Source: Lama glama (taxonomy: Eukaryota). From it: a DNA stretch of 64,000 bases. Positions within the stretch are counted from its first letter, which is position 1. Each line of letters starts with the position of its first letter. The stretch is taken from positions 14,758,001 through 14,822,000 of the forward strand of contig CM052818.1 of NCBI GenBank assembly GCA_028534125.1, read 5' to 3'. Below, piece after piece: positions 24,289 to 37,827 of the stretch. Both the position numbers and the translations under genes were made by a program. The notes beneath the pieces were generated by a model. The model was not told where the DNA came from and made no database searches. It worked only from the letters and a program-made list of their open reading frames with translations.

Positions 24289-25059
24289 TACTTCCTTTGA
24301 GACTCATGAGTCTTCTGAGTCATTTCAGCCTGGAGTTGCCAGCAACCATTTTGCCAACAGGCAGAGAAAGTTTGCCTGAGGATGAAGTCTGCAAAGAGAG
24401 CCAAACAAAAAATAAAGAGCAAGTCCTGATGGCATCGTCTGAGTCCCTGGGGCTAGCTGTTCTTGAAAGCAGCAGTCTTTCCTGGACTTTTCAGTTACAT
24501 GAGCCAACAATATTCATATGTTTTGCTTAAGTCAACTTAAATCGAGTTTCTGTCAAGGAAATGAAATAAGCTCTGATTATTGTAGAATTAAATCAAAGAG
24601 AACAAAGATTTCTCTCTCCTCTAGACCTTCTGGGCTGAAATGATATAAGCCTAGAGCTGCTTGCAACAATATCTCCCCCTTAGAAAAAGCCTGTGTGCAA
24701 TATAAGAGCAATGAGGATGGCACATTCTCTGACATCTACTGAGTTCCAAATCAAGTCAACCCTGAGGCCAACATCCAGATGAGTGAAGAAATAAATCTCA
24801 CATTTTCCTTAAACCAGCTTGGATTAAGTCTTCATCATTGTAACAAAGAGCCCTAACAAAATATTTGTATTTGTCCTAATATAAATGAGGCATAAGTTTC
24901 CCTAAAATCAAAAATAATAATAACCTGTATTATTGCTAATGTGCCAAATTAGGGATTCTCACACACTGCTGGTGTTTGGATACAAACATTTTGTATAGTA
25001 TTTTGACTATAGACCTGAAAAGCCTTAAAAATTACACATGGAGGAGGGAGAAAGGGATG

Positions 25060-25400
25060 AGTAAGCAGAACCCAAGGGGTTTTTAGGGCAGTGGAACTAT
25101 TCTGTATGATATTATAATGGTGAAAACATGACATTATACATTTGTCAAAACCCACAGACCTGTACAATACAAAGGGTGAACCCCTGACGTAAACTATGAA
25201 CTTTAGTTAATAATAATGTATCAGCATTCATTCATCTATTGTAACCACAAAGTACCACACCAATGTAAGACGTTAGTAATAAGAGAAACTGTGTGGGTGA
25301 GGTGTATATGGGAGCTCTCTATATTTCCCACTCAATTTTTCTGTTGACCTAAAACTGCTCTGAGAAATTAAGTCTAGTAATTTTAAAAGAAATTTAAAAA
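25060..25400 (+). mobile_element. Old LINE-1 (L1MC-like) 3' end
   Basis: catgacattatacatttgtcaaaaccca...cctaaaactgctct; the reverse complement of the 23355-23640 element family. Confidence 0.8.
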
Positions 25401-27369
25401 CTACACACATTTTACCCAGCAGTTCTGCAATTATAAATTTCTCCTAAAATGGGCAAGGATGCAAAGAATATAAATAAAACAATTGTCACTGCAAAATTGT
25501 TTGTTATAGCAAAAAATTGGAACTGCAATCTATTTAGATATCCACCAGGTTTTTTTAAAAAATGTTAAGTAAATGATTACTCATAGGCAGTCTCAGAGAA
25601 TGGTAATGCTGATTGGGGTTTCTTATCTAGGGTCCATGAATGAATTTCAGGGGTTCCAATGCTGGCTCTCTCAAGGAGCCATTTGTGGGATCTTTGGATG
25701 CTCTGTGGGACCCTCTGACCACATAGCTCCCTGACATGGTGAGCACTATTAGGGCAACCAGAAGAACTCTGGAATCCCCTTGCCCTGGCGGGTCACCCTC
25801 TTTGACAGACTCCCTCCAAGAAGGCTTAGATTCAAATACCTTGCACTCCTTAAAAACTCTCAAGAGCCTCCTAGGAGCTACAAAGTTCAAACTTCTTGGC
25901 ATAGTGTTCAAGGCCTTCTATTATGTGGTTTGAGTTGTTTGTTCCAGGCTCATTTCTCATTTAAAAGGGACTTTTTTTTTTTTTAACTAGGTACATTCTT
26001 CTATCATTGCTCAAAAACATAGTACCTTATGAATAATATGATGATGGAATGGTCAATTCAAACCACAGTTTCAAATATCATTCCTGGCATGGATCAAATA
26101 CAAAGCAAGTTAAAACGTGGTATGATTTTGTACAATTGGTGGAGTGTTAAAAGTTTCAGTGTGATACTCGAGACATTCTCCTCTGACTGGCCCAGGGGTT
26201 CTAACGTTGACCCTATAAAGAGGAAACCAAAGGGTATTTTCTGAAGCTACAGTGAATTAAATCTGAAAAGCCACAATAATGTAAATGTTCAAATATTATT
26301 TTTTACAATTTTAGAATAAACTCATAGAAAAATCACAGAAGACTAAATTGTTATTACAGAAAAGAAAATGTTATCCATCTGGAAAACTTTTAAAAGTAAA
26401 TGTGCAGCTGACTAGTGGTTGGGAAGTAAAAAGGATGAAGAGCCGATGTAGGGGACCATCTAAGCACAAACGTCCTCAACAAGAGATGCTCTCTTGGTCG
26501 AAGGAACAGCAGATGGAGGTTCAAGGATATTGCCTGAAATCAAAGAGGTGACTGGTGGAGGAAGCCGAGATTAGTGACAAAATTATGTTGGGGGAGGGAG
26601 GTAGCAGAGGAGGGAGGCAGGGCAAGTGAGCTAAATTCATACCCATCCATACATCTAAATCAGGAAATAACACATTTAAGAGATATCAAGGTAATCACAA
26701 AAAGAACTAAAAACAGCAGCTGCTAAAAGTAGCTGCCTCCAGAGAACACGTTAAAAGGACACCACAAGGAAGCAATCACTCAAGTCCAGAATATGGGATG
26801 TTCTATGAGGCAACTGACCTAGATTCTCTAATAAATCAGTGGCATGGCAGGGCGGCAGGGAAAAGTGAGTCACAGAATAAATCGCGCTCCGGAGACAAAA
26901 CAATTGAATTCAATGTGGAGACTTCATTTGGATCCTTATTAGAACAATTTTGAAACAATCAGAAAAATTTGATTTGGAGCTGGATACAAGATGATGATAT
27001 AAGAAATTATAACTTTGTTAGATATGATAATGGCACATAGGTCAGATTTTAAAATTTCTTTTGTAGTTAGAAGCATAGTAAAGTACTTCTAGGTAAAATA
27101 ACATGATGTCTGCTTTTAAAACACTTTATACCCTCATGCCCTCAAAATATAGGGGAATAGGGAAACAAGACTGGTCAAATGTTGCCAATTGTAATAGCTG
27201 GTTCATGGGGCTCACTGTACTATTCTCTCTGCTTTTATGTATATTTGAAACTTTCAAAAATAAGAGATTGTTTTGGTTTCATTTTTATTTTTCAAAAAAG
27301 CAGGTGCCTCTGAGGAGTGGGATGGGGCTTGGGGAACAGTGATATCAGCAGGATTGTTTCATATTTTTC

Positions 27370-27665
27370 ATTTATTCAGTGAATATTTATTGAGTCCCTA
27401 CAATGTATGAGGCACTGTTTAGGCCCTTTTGAGCTATGAACAGAACAGATCAAAATGCCTCTTCTAGTGAAGCTTACACTCCACCCAGGAGAAAGAGCAA
27501 TAAATCATAGACATAATAAATAAGTCTTGATATGTTGCAAGTGGATTACTGCCATGAGGAAAGAATAAAGCAGGGTAAGATGGATCAGGACTGGGGCCAG
27601 GGTTACAGTGATCAGGAAGGGCTCACTGAAAAATGTAACATTTGAATAAAGACTTGAAAAAAAGG
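27370..27665. mobile_element. LINE-2 fragment
   Basis: ttattcagtgaatatttattgagtccctacaatgt..ggcactgtttaggc. Confidence 0.65.
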
Positions 27666-28202
27666 TGAAGGAGATTATAAATCCTTCTCAACTTTTGTTT
27701 TTATACCCATAGATTACGTTGATAAAAAGAACTGAAAAAGATTACCTTAAAAAATAAAATAAAATCTCCCTTCTACTCACTCCTCCTACTCTGCTTATCA
27801 AAATGCCCCTTTATTCTTCAGGACAGCTTCAAGTGATCAGCTTTCATGAGGTAAAGTCTTCATCCACAGCCAGAATTGCTTTTTTTGTGTTTTTTTGTAC
27901 ATCACTAGTAACTCTAACAAGCATTTTATTCTCCCATATATTATGGCTCTTCATAGATTTACTAAACATTTTCACTTTCATTATTTTATTTATACTTACG
28001 ATATTCCTGAGTGGTCTTTATTTCAGTATCATTATTATTTCCACTTCTTAGATGAGAAAACCAGGGCTTTGAAAGAATAAGTGACCTTCACCAGACTAGC
28101 CAAACATAGAGACAGTGTTTGAACTCTAGGTAACGTCCTCTGAATGCAAACATTACTTCCACGACCTCTCCATACATAGTTATTTCTAAGAGTCTTTTTG
28201 TT

Positions 28203-28291
28203 GGGGATGTATAGCTCAGTGGTAGAGGGCATGCTTAGTGTGCATGAGGTCCTGGGTTCAATCCCAGTCCCTCCATTACAAAAAAAAAAAA
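28203..28291 (+). mobile_element. tRNA-Ala-derived SINE (Vic-1-like, camelid)
   Basis: ggggatgtatagctcagtggtagag...gaggtcctgggttcaatccc...ctcca followed by an A tail. Pol III A and B boxes present. Confidence 0.85.
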
Positions 28292-29599
28292 GAATTTAAA
28301 AAAGCAATGTCTAAAACTCTTTTTCTATGTTAAAATTAGATTTGAATCAAGTACTATTTGCATATGATATTAAATTAGGTAGTTCAGAAAATCTTAGGAG
28401 GAAAAGCCAGTCCCGTCTGGTCATCCCCCAGTTACTTTAAAAGAACAATACATTTTCATCATTTCTATTTTTAGTTCTTCTGGCGGTTGTCTGTTTTAAC
28501 TCTAGATAGTATGCGTACACCTCCATGCATCCATCTTACCACCTTTAGATATTATCTGCTGACTGTCTCCCGTAAAAGGGGAGGGCTTAGCCATTTGAAT
28601 TGCCCTAATGTTTTAGGTTAGGTTCCCCAGAACACTGACTCTGAGACAGAGATTTGTAACCAGGAGCTTTGGGGACAACCCTGGAGGAGTGAAGGCAGCA
28701 GGGTTGAGCTGTGGGAGGAGCTGACCTGCTCTGCAGTTGTGACAGAAGCATCAGCCCATCCCAGGAGCTCTGGGCCTGGGAAAGCTCCTCATAGTTGTCA
28801 AGAATTGAGACAAGGGGGCTGGGCCTTTATACCCCACCATCAACCAGTCGTTTGATGCAAGATGAGCAACATAAAATTAGCCAAGGTACCTCTCTCAGCT
28901 GAGACCAATCCCAGAAAAAGGCCTCAGAGGCAAGTCAGCAGCCAATACTTCTGACAAGTGGAGAGTGCATGTCTCAGTCCTGGAGTGGGACTCTGCGCAG
29001 AGCAACATGGCATCCACTACAGCCCACCCTCTGCATTGCTCCGGTCCATGTACTTCTTGCAGTAAATTCACCCTATTTGGAATTAACCCCCACGGAGTTC
29101 TGGTTGGTTCATTTGTTTGGAGAATCTTACAAGAACGTTGGTGAACCAAATTACAGCTTCTGCAGGTGCTGTCAAAACCACATCTGAGACTCACTATTTC
29201 CCTCTACTACCAGTTTCAGATTCCCCTCACCCTCAGCTAGCACATCTGCTGGCCTTGGCTGGGGTCGGGGTGGAGGAACTGTCATTTTCATTCTGAGGCA
29301 TCTGAGTCTATGGTCATCAAGCCTTCCCCAGGTTAAGTTGGCTACATGGTCCTCCTACCACCAAAACTGGGCAGGGGAGAAAGAAGAGATGCTTTGTTGG
29401 ATAAGCTGGGTGCCAAACGTGCTCTTCTCTGCCCCACCGTGAAGCTGAATTCTTATCCTCTCCTGATAAGCAGCATCCTTTATTCCTGCCCAGATGTGGT
29501 TCCTTCCCCTCCCCTTCTCTCCTTCACGTCTTCACATTCTAATGAGTGCCTATAAGACAGTTTTAACCCACTGTCCCCTAGCACAGCAAGTTCAACGTC

Positions 29600-30390
29600 T
29601 TCCGAACTGAACCGATTTTTTTCTTTATTCCCCTTTCATCTATCCAGCTCCCGTGCTGGAAACCAGGTTCCTCTTTGGGTTGTCTACCTCCCTCACCCTC
29701 TGTATCTCCCAAGTTCTACCAATTCTACCCCCTAAAAAGCTTCTAAATTCACTGTCACTCTCCTCCCTACAGTCGCTGTCATTGTTTGGGGGCCCGTCAT
29801 TTCTCACCTGGACTGTTATGAAAACCTCCCAACTGTTCTTCCTTTCTCCAATCTCCCCCATACTCCTCCCACCACAGCATACCACGTTGTTAAAAAGGTA
29901 TAGCATTTCACTGCTTAAAACTCTTTTAATGTCTAGGCTTTTCAGAACCTGGCCACTTCCTACATCTCCACACACCCCACTTCCATTCCCCTCTGCACCT
30001 GCTTTTCTCTTGCAGCTGCCCAGAGTTGACAGGCTCCTTTCACTCCTTCATGCCTTTGCCCCCTCCTCCCCTTGTCCCACATATCTCCTGGCAGACTCTA
30101 CTTCTCTTTAGAGGCTTACTTCACTCCACCCAGGACCATTCCTGACAGGTAGGATTGGGTGCTTCTTGCCCCAAGGTCACAGTGCAATTCTTCCACACAT
30201 TTATTAAGACACTTAACACATTACGTTCACTTATTTGCCTTACATATACAATTAACTGAAATATGTTTTAAAAATTGCAGTGGTTTTGTATTATATTCAC
30301 CTGTGACCCCAGTGTATTGTATTACTTTCACAGTTCCTATGAACAGTAGATAATCCAAAAATGTCGAATGAATGAGTGAATGAAATGTAC
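29600..30390. mobile_element. LINE-2 fragment
   Basis: tttctcacctggactgtta..aaacctcccaactg...ctgcttaaaactctt...gaatgaatgagtgaatgaa tail. Confidence 0.7.
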
Positions 30391-31448
30391 AAATGTTGTC
30401 CTGGGCATGATGCATCTGACTCACCATCAGCAGCTGAGTGTATACTTTGCACTGTTTCTCAATAGTGTAGACTGATGTGTGCTGACTGATCCATATTCTC
30501 TTGCCTGACCTTAAGATGACTGCAAAGATGTTATGTTCATTGCCTAATTCTGAATGTTCTCCCTGGGCAATGAACCAATGGCTGCGAATCTGTTTTAGGG
30601 AAGGGAAAAATTAAAACAAAACAAAGCAGGGCAGACTGAATGAACACTGGAGAAAGAACTATCTTCTTTCAGTGAGGGCTTCCTTATCCACTACTTACTT
30701 ACCCAGAGTTCAGCACAGTGGCTGAAATATGGTAGGCACTCAATAAATAATTGTTGAATGAGAGAAAGAAGCAAACAGAGTAACAAATGATGCCCCTAGG
30801 AGTGATGCAGAAGTTGTAGAGAGGTCTCAGGATGGCAGAAGGGAAAGAGATAAGCTCAGTTTTTAAACAAGTTGTAAGCTATTTACAATTACTACATGTT
30901 ATATTCTTTATACATTTTCCTTTGTAAATTCTACATATGAGAATCTGTCTCTGGAATTTCATATTTATTTTATCTTGGTGTCCTTGTTGAAACGTTAGTT
31001 TTAATATCCTGCTGCCTATCCATCCATCTGTCTATCCTTTTATCCACCTATTTACCCATCCATTTTTCTTTTCAGTTTTAAGCCAGAGAATAATTTATTG
31101 ACAACAGAACTTCCACAGTTTTCATTTTCCTCTTATACACTGAGTGGTAACATTCAAGATGATGGCTGTTACATCAGCCTGAGTCCCTTCCCCAGCAGGA
31201 TTTCAGAACTGCTCTGGAACCAGTTAATGCTCTGTTTCTCTCATTCCTCTGTTTTCCAAATGGGTGTGTTTATTGTGGTTAGATAACAGGTTTAAAGGAA
31301 AAGTCATGGGCAATAATGAAGCAGGAGAAAATAGCAGAAAGAAAAGTATTAAAGAATGAAATTAGCATGTTAATGCCAATAAGATGAGGCATATTTAGCA
31401 CTGGAGAATAACAGAGGTATATTTTGATTTCCAAAGTAATGTGTGTCT

Positions 31449-31588
31449 GTGAGGGGAGAATATAGCTCAGTGGTAGAGTGTGTGCTTAGCATGCACAAGA
31501 TCCTGGGTTCAATCCCCAGTACCTGCATTATAAATTAAATAAATAAATAAATAACCTAATTACCCACCTTCCAGAACAAAAACATAGT
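31449..31588 (+). mobile_element. tRNA-Ala-derived SINE (Vic-1-like, long-tailed form)
   Basis: A box tagctcagtggtagag, anticodon arm cttagcat, B box gggttcaatccc, (taaa)n-acctaattacc tail. 10-bp TSD atgtgtgtct at 31439-31448 and 31589-31598. Confidence 0.88.
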
Positions 31589-31719
31589 ATGTGTGTCTTG
31601 AAATGTGTAAAAGCGTGTTTTGGGGTTTTTTCATAGTTCTGCCCTTTACTAGCCATATGCATTTTATAAATTTAGGTCTCCTGAGCCTCAGTTTTCTTGT
31701 TTTTTTAATTGCTTCTCTA

Positions 31720-31992
31720 TTTTTTTTATTTGACGTATACTCAGTTTATAATGTTGTGTCAATTTCTGGTGTATAGCATAATGTTTCAGTTACATGCACA
31801 TATGTATATTCCTTTTCAGATTCTTTTTCATTATAGATTACTACAAGATATTGAATATAGTTTCCTGTGCTATACAGTATAAACTTATTGTTTATTTTAT
31901 GTATACTAGTTAGTGTCTACAAATCTCGAACTCCCAATTTATCCCTTCTCACCCCCTTTCTCCCTGGTAACTGTAACTTTCTTTTCTACAAG
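31720..31992 (-). mobile_element. LINE-1 3' fragment
   Basis: T-rich end, cagtttataatgttgtgtcaatttctggtgtatagc...cccctttctccctggtaac. Confidence 0.85.
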
Positions 31993-32256
31993 TGTGTTTT
32001 GTTAAGTTAGACTTTGCCATGAATTAATACTATTATTTTTAAATGCTTCATTTTCACTGAAGGTTCCCATTGGCTCCCAGAACTCTAATTGGCCATCCCT
32101 TCTTGTACCTTACATAATGTAGTGTGTACCAATCCTGCTTCTGAGAAAATAATTGTTTCTAGATTTTCATTCAATAGCAATACATTTGTTAGAAAACATT
32201 AATATATGATTGTCTAGCATATAACGTCCAGCAATGTGCCTCCATTCGTGTGTGGA

Positions 32257-32289
32257 CATGCACGCGCGCGCACACACACACACACACAC
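32257..32289. repeat. (CG)n(CA)n alternating purine-pyrimidine tract
   Basis: catgcacgcgcgcgcacacacacacacacacac. Confidence 0.9.
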
Positions 32290-35200
32290 TCTACCTGTCT
32301 CTCCTATCAGAAACTCCTACGATGGCATTTACTGCTTTTGCTGTAACAAATTGCTCTTTGAAACCAGGGAGACAGATCTGGTTCTTAGACCAAAGTGATA
32401 ATTAATGATGCAGCAAAATATGGCAAAGAGAAAAATATTAATCTCCTAAAATACCGTATGTTTTAGATAATACTTTGTGCTTAACCACCACCTCCCATGT
32501 CCACTTATGAGACCAGTGAGCCGATGGATGCCTGGTGTAGAGGCATTTATGAGTGTAAGTCTTCCATTCCACAGAAAATAAAGAAGTAATACAAAGACTT
32601 CTAGTCACCAGACATTAAGAACTACATATTCTTTTATATTTTTCCCAACATTTGTTTTGAAAATTTTCAAACCTTCCAAAAATGCAAAGAATGGTACAAC
32701 TGATACCCACACATTCTTCACTGAGGTCAAGTCATTGTTAACTTTTGCTGCATTTGCTAGTTTCACCTGTCCCCCACCTATCTCTCTCTCCATTTATGTT
32801 TTTTGAAAGTAAGTTGCACATATCAGAAAATTTTACCTCTAAATATTCCACATGCTTCATCTAAGAACATTCACCTACATAATCACAATGTCTAAGAAGA
32901 CTGACATAAATTTAATAGTGTCATCTAAAACACATTCTATATCTAAATTTTCCCAGTGAGGGATTCTCTGTGTACCACCCTCCAAGGCCCTTCCACATTC
33001 TGGTTGGACACGGATGGCAGGAAGAGGGCAGCGCAAGGCCTGCAACTCACCATGTGACGCAGCCCCTGGAAGCTGGAGCCCATTTTTGCTGATTCTTGTA
33101 GTATTTCTTTCCTAGGAAGTAACACAATTAAATGGTTAAGGGTAATTAAACTTCTCGCTTAAATAATTGTGATTGTTATTTGTACTTTCAGCAAATCCAT
33201 AAGAAGAAAATCAAATCTGTACTATTTATAAGTCAAAGAGATAAAGCAGATACTAAGGCTTGGATCTAATCCTTGGACAGATAGTCTTTAAATGGATGTA
33301 TTCTTCAGGCTTTTAAGGATGCTAGCATAGAAGCCATTCTCATATTTTTTGCAGTAGGGGAGACTTATTCACCAGGTCCACCTTTTACCTAGAAAGTAGA
33401 ATTTGTCTTTCATGGTTGACTTTTTTTTTTTTTTAGTGTTTTTGCCCAGGATCTATGAGAGTGTCTAGCATATTCCGTCCAGACCCTTTTTGTGAGGGTT
33501 GGGGCCCTACAGTCATCAGCAGGACCCTGGAGCCTCATGTCAGCTTCTTCACATCAGGCCAGACTCTCCTGGTATGCTTGTGTAGGAAGTCATTCTCATG
33601 ACTCGTGTCTGGTTCCTTTCATCCTCCTACCACCCTGTTTACCACTGACCCCCCTACCACTGGCTGTTCTCTGTAAACTTAGGGCTTTGGTTTCTCTTGA
33701 AAGTAACAACCCACTGGGACTTGTGCCAGTCAAACATTCTGGGTCAGCAGTGGGATTTAAAATCTTTACGGCCCACAAATAAATGTAACTGAACAAAGAC
33801 AGACAGGTGTGCTGCCATCAGAGCTTAAAAAATAATGGGAAAGGAAGACAGTGCGTCAGCTCCACCTGGCTTGCAGCTGCTGCAGTCTCTGTCTGGGAAG
33901 ATAATGTACTTATCGATTAGTCTTCAAAAAAGACATCATTCGCAAACTGACCCCCAGCTTGTGGCGGCAGACTAACATTTGTGTTCATTTCGGTAACCGT
34001 AGGAACAGATCCTATTGCTGGGAAGACATGGGCAGCTGTTGCCTTGACAACACAGCACGCAAGTCTCTAGTTCCCTCTGTAATTTCCTGCAGAAGACAGT
34101 GATTAATTATCAGGCCTACTTATGAACTGGAGTTTTGCCTACAAGATGAGAAATGTTAACCTGTAACTCATCTACCAAAGGTTTGTCAGTCCCAGAGAAT
34201 TTTGTCTAGATTCAGGTTGCAAACTCTACAAAGCAAACTTAAAGACATGAAGGGCCATAATCATGTAGAACGTTAGGTTTAAAACTTGATTTTTGGAGGG
34301 GCAAGCATCCTATCTTAATAATAAGAGAGTACTTTTGCTAGAAAAGAGTTATATATGTCTACAAATCATGTATCCTGACTGAAAACTGGCTCTTGTAGTC
34401 CCATCTGTGAAACAAGCAGAGACTTGAAAAGTGTTTATATATTAGGACTTGCTCTCTCTTAGTGGCTCTTGGAACTATGACTGCCCTACAAAGAAGCCCA
34501 AGCAAGCTTCCTTGGAGATGAGACAGATGTGGCCTCATCATCCCTGCTGCCTCAGCGGATAGCAGCCAAGCACCAGTAAGCACAGAGAGGCTGCCTCAGA
34601 TCACGCAGTGGCATTTTATAAATCACGTAAAAAATGTGATAGAGGGTTTTCCAAATTTGACAAACTGCACAATTTGCATGTCATTACAAATATAGTATAA
34701 AACCAAAATAAATGTTTTCACGTTATCAAAACAAAACAAATTCTGATCAACCACGGAAAAGGAAACACTGGATTCTCTCTGCGACTACAAAATCTCCCTA
34801 ATGCTGTTATCTTATGAAGAGCACATGGTCTCATGAAGAAGGTATCAAGGAAAGTGGATCCCAAAAAGTAGAAGGAAAAAGTATCACAGAGATGCACTGA
34901 GCAGGTAATAAAACAAAAATGGTGTTGTTTTATATTTGGGAATAATTGTGACATTTGCCAGCTTTTCAAAATACATAGTTGGTAAGATTTCTTTTCTCAT
35001 TCTAATTAAATATTCACATTTGTACTTAATTTTGCATTTGTATTGTACAACAACACAGCCAATATTTTGTAATAACTGTAAATGGAAAGTAACATTTAAA
35101 ATAGTATAAAAATTGTTTTTAAACTTGGGTTTGGGATATTTGATTCTAATACTACTACAAAATGAATTTAGAAACTGCGATAAATTCTACCTTCAAGTTT

Positions 35201-35307
35201 CCACTTCCAAGTTTCCACTTTCAATAAACAAACAACACATGCCTACTGCCTACTTATGGAGTGGAAGAAAATGCAGTTTGTGACATCATGAGTTTAGAAG
35301 CTCTTTG

Positions 35308-35401
35308 GAGGGGTGTGGGTATAACTCAGTGGTAGAGAGCATGCTTAGCATGCATGAGGTCTTGGGTTCAATTCCCAGTACTTCCATTAAAAAAAAAAAA
35401 G
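35308..35401 (+). mobile_element. tRNA-Ala-derived SINE (Vic-1-like)
   Basis: tRNA-like head plus poly(A). TSD agctctttg at 35299-35307 and 35402-35410. Confidence 0.88.
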
Positions 35402-36524
35402 AGCTCTTTGAAATGTCTTAAACAAATAAAAAATTAAAATGATAAAATGTTTAAATAGCTAAAAAATATTCAAGATGGTGGTAAAAGAGATCTAAAATGG
35501 TATAAGAATAACTTCTGAGTTGGACAGATGATAATAAGGCTACAGGAGTTTTAAACTATATATATGTCACTATGGTGTACACCACAAACTAACACAACAT
35601 TGTAAATCAGCTATACTTCAATTTTTTAAAATTTGTACATATGTATACACACACACACACACATATATACATAAAAATATGTATACTTGTGTGGGGGTGT
35701 GTGAAAAAAACACATATATATGTACTATTTTAAGGAAGCTATTATTTCTTACTGAAAAGGTAGATGATTGGCATTGACCTAAAGTATATACTTGAATTTT
35801 CACTTTCAGCCAGGGTTTGTTTCAGTGATTATTTCCAATGTAGGTGATAAACAGGAAGCAGGTACAAGTATGCACTTGACTACTGTGTTAGTCTCAGTAC
35901 TCAGTTCTCTTGTAGGTCAACACACTTCCTTGTGTCAGAGATGAGACAGAAAGCACAACAGTTACTACTTCAGTAAGCAGAGATGGGGTGTGTAGAACAC
36001 AGACCCAGTCTGGCATTTCGTGACTTTGTCTCAGTCTCTAAAGAAGGTGAAGTGGTACAATGGAAAGTACATGAGTCCAGGAGCTAGAAGACGGTTTCTA
36101 CTAATTTACTTGACGCTCTGGGCAAGTCACAACCTTTCTGAGCCTTAGTTTACTCAGAACATGGACCAATCCATATTCAGATTATTCCTCTGTTCTATAC
36201 TTTCTAGGCTCCTTGAAGGGCTGCTTGCCTTGCAGGACCGTTTTGCTGGACACTCTGACACTCAGTTCACCTTCACAAGCCATTTCTCTGTGTAATTGCC
36301 ACCTCCTCTGCCTCTCTTCCTTGTACTGGTTGGTTTTGCCCTTGTTGATAAGTATTTCCCCACCTCCAGCAGGCACACACTATGCACTAAGAATTGTTTA
36401 ATCTCCATCACTAGCTTTGCATTGAGCCTTTGGAATCATTCATTGCACAAATATTTATGGGGCACCCATTATATGCCAGGCACAGGGTTAGAGGTAAGAT
36501 GTTGAGCCAAAAAAAAAAAAGTTT

Positions 36525-36880
36525 AAGGCCAATGTTTCTTTATGGGCATTCTGTCTAGATGTTCTAGCTATTGACATAAGTAGAGCTTTAAAGTCCCCTA
36601 CTATTATTGTATTCCTGTCTATTTCTACCTTTAGGTCTGTTAATATTCGCTTTATTATATTTAGGTGCTTCTATATTGGGTAAAAATGTTTATAAATGAT
36701 ATATCCTCCTATTGCACTGACCCCTTTATGATTATGTAGCGCTCTTTTTTCTTATTATAGTCTTTGTTTTAAAGTCTATTTTGTCTGATACAAGCATAGC
36801 TACCCCAGCTTTTCTTTGGTTTCCATTTGCGTGGAACATCTCTTTCCAACCTTTTACTTTCAGTCTGTATGTGTCCTCAA
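36525..36880 (-). mobile_element. LINE-1 internal fragment (ORF1/ORF2 endonuclease region)
   Basis: aagtcccctactattattgtatt...aaagtctattttgtctgata...ccatttgcgtggaacatc...ttactttcagtctgtatgtgtc. Confidence 0.75.
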
Positions 36881-37340
36881 ATACTATTTTATTTCCAAAT
36901 AACACTTATCTAGAAGACCCTGAAAACCCAGGTTTAGGTTTAGAGTTAAATAGAAATAGTTTAGAGAAACAGTTAAGTCTTCATGCTCACAGAGGTGAAA
37001 TTACTAAGACAACTTTCAAGATTCAGTGTAGGCAGCTGCTAAGTGCTATCTTACAGTCTACTTCCTCACTTATTTACACTCCATGGAAGCCATACTCGAT
37101 CATTTGTAAGGGATCCTGGTCTGTACAGCACCTCCCCTTCAGGCTAGCCAGAAGGCTGCTGCACCCTCTTTTTCTCCCACCCATCTCCAGCCCCATGAGT
37201 TCTTAAAAGTCCCCTCTCCAATACAATCTGGTCTTTTTGCTGGCTCTGAAAAATAAATTAAACTTAAATCTTCCTATTGAGTTTCTACATAAAAATCTAC
37301 TAAACTTCTTGATGAGTTACTATTTTCTATCTTCAACATA

Positions 37341-37827
37341 CAGGCATACCTCATTTTATTGTGCTTTGCTTTATTGTACTTTGCAGATAATGTGTGGTTT
37401 TTTTTAAACAAATTGAAGGCTTGTGACAACCCTGCACCAAGTAAGTCTATTGCCACTATTTTTCCAATAGCATGTGCTCACTCCATGTTTCTGTGTCACA
37501 TTTTGGTAATTCTTGCAGTATTTTAAACTTAGTCATTATTTTATTTGCTATGGTGATCTGAGGTCAGTGATCTTTGATGTTACTACTGTGACAGGCTGAA
37601 GGCTCAGACGATAACATTTTAAAGCAATAAAGAAATTTTCAATTAATGTATGTATACTGTGTTTTTTTAGACTTAATGCTATAGCACACTTAATATACTA
37701 CAATACAGTATAAATACAACTTATATGCATTGGAAAATACAAAAATTTGTGTGACTTGCTTTATTGTGATATTTGCTTTATTGCTGTGGTCTGGAACAAA
37801 ACCCACAATATCTCCAAGGTATATCTG
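37341..37827 (+). mobile_element. Internally deleted Tigger1 (TcMar-Tigger DNA transposon)
   Basis: Termini caggcatacctc... and ...aaggtatatctg (imperfect TIRs), flanked by TA duplications at 37339-37340 and 37828-37829. No transposase ORF. Confidence 0.9.
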
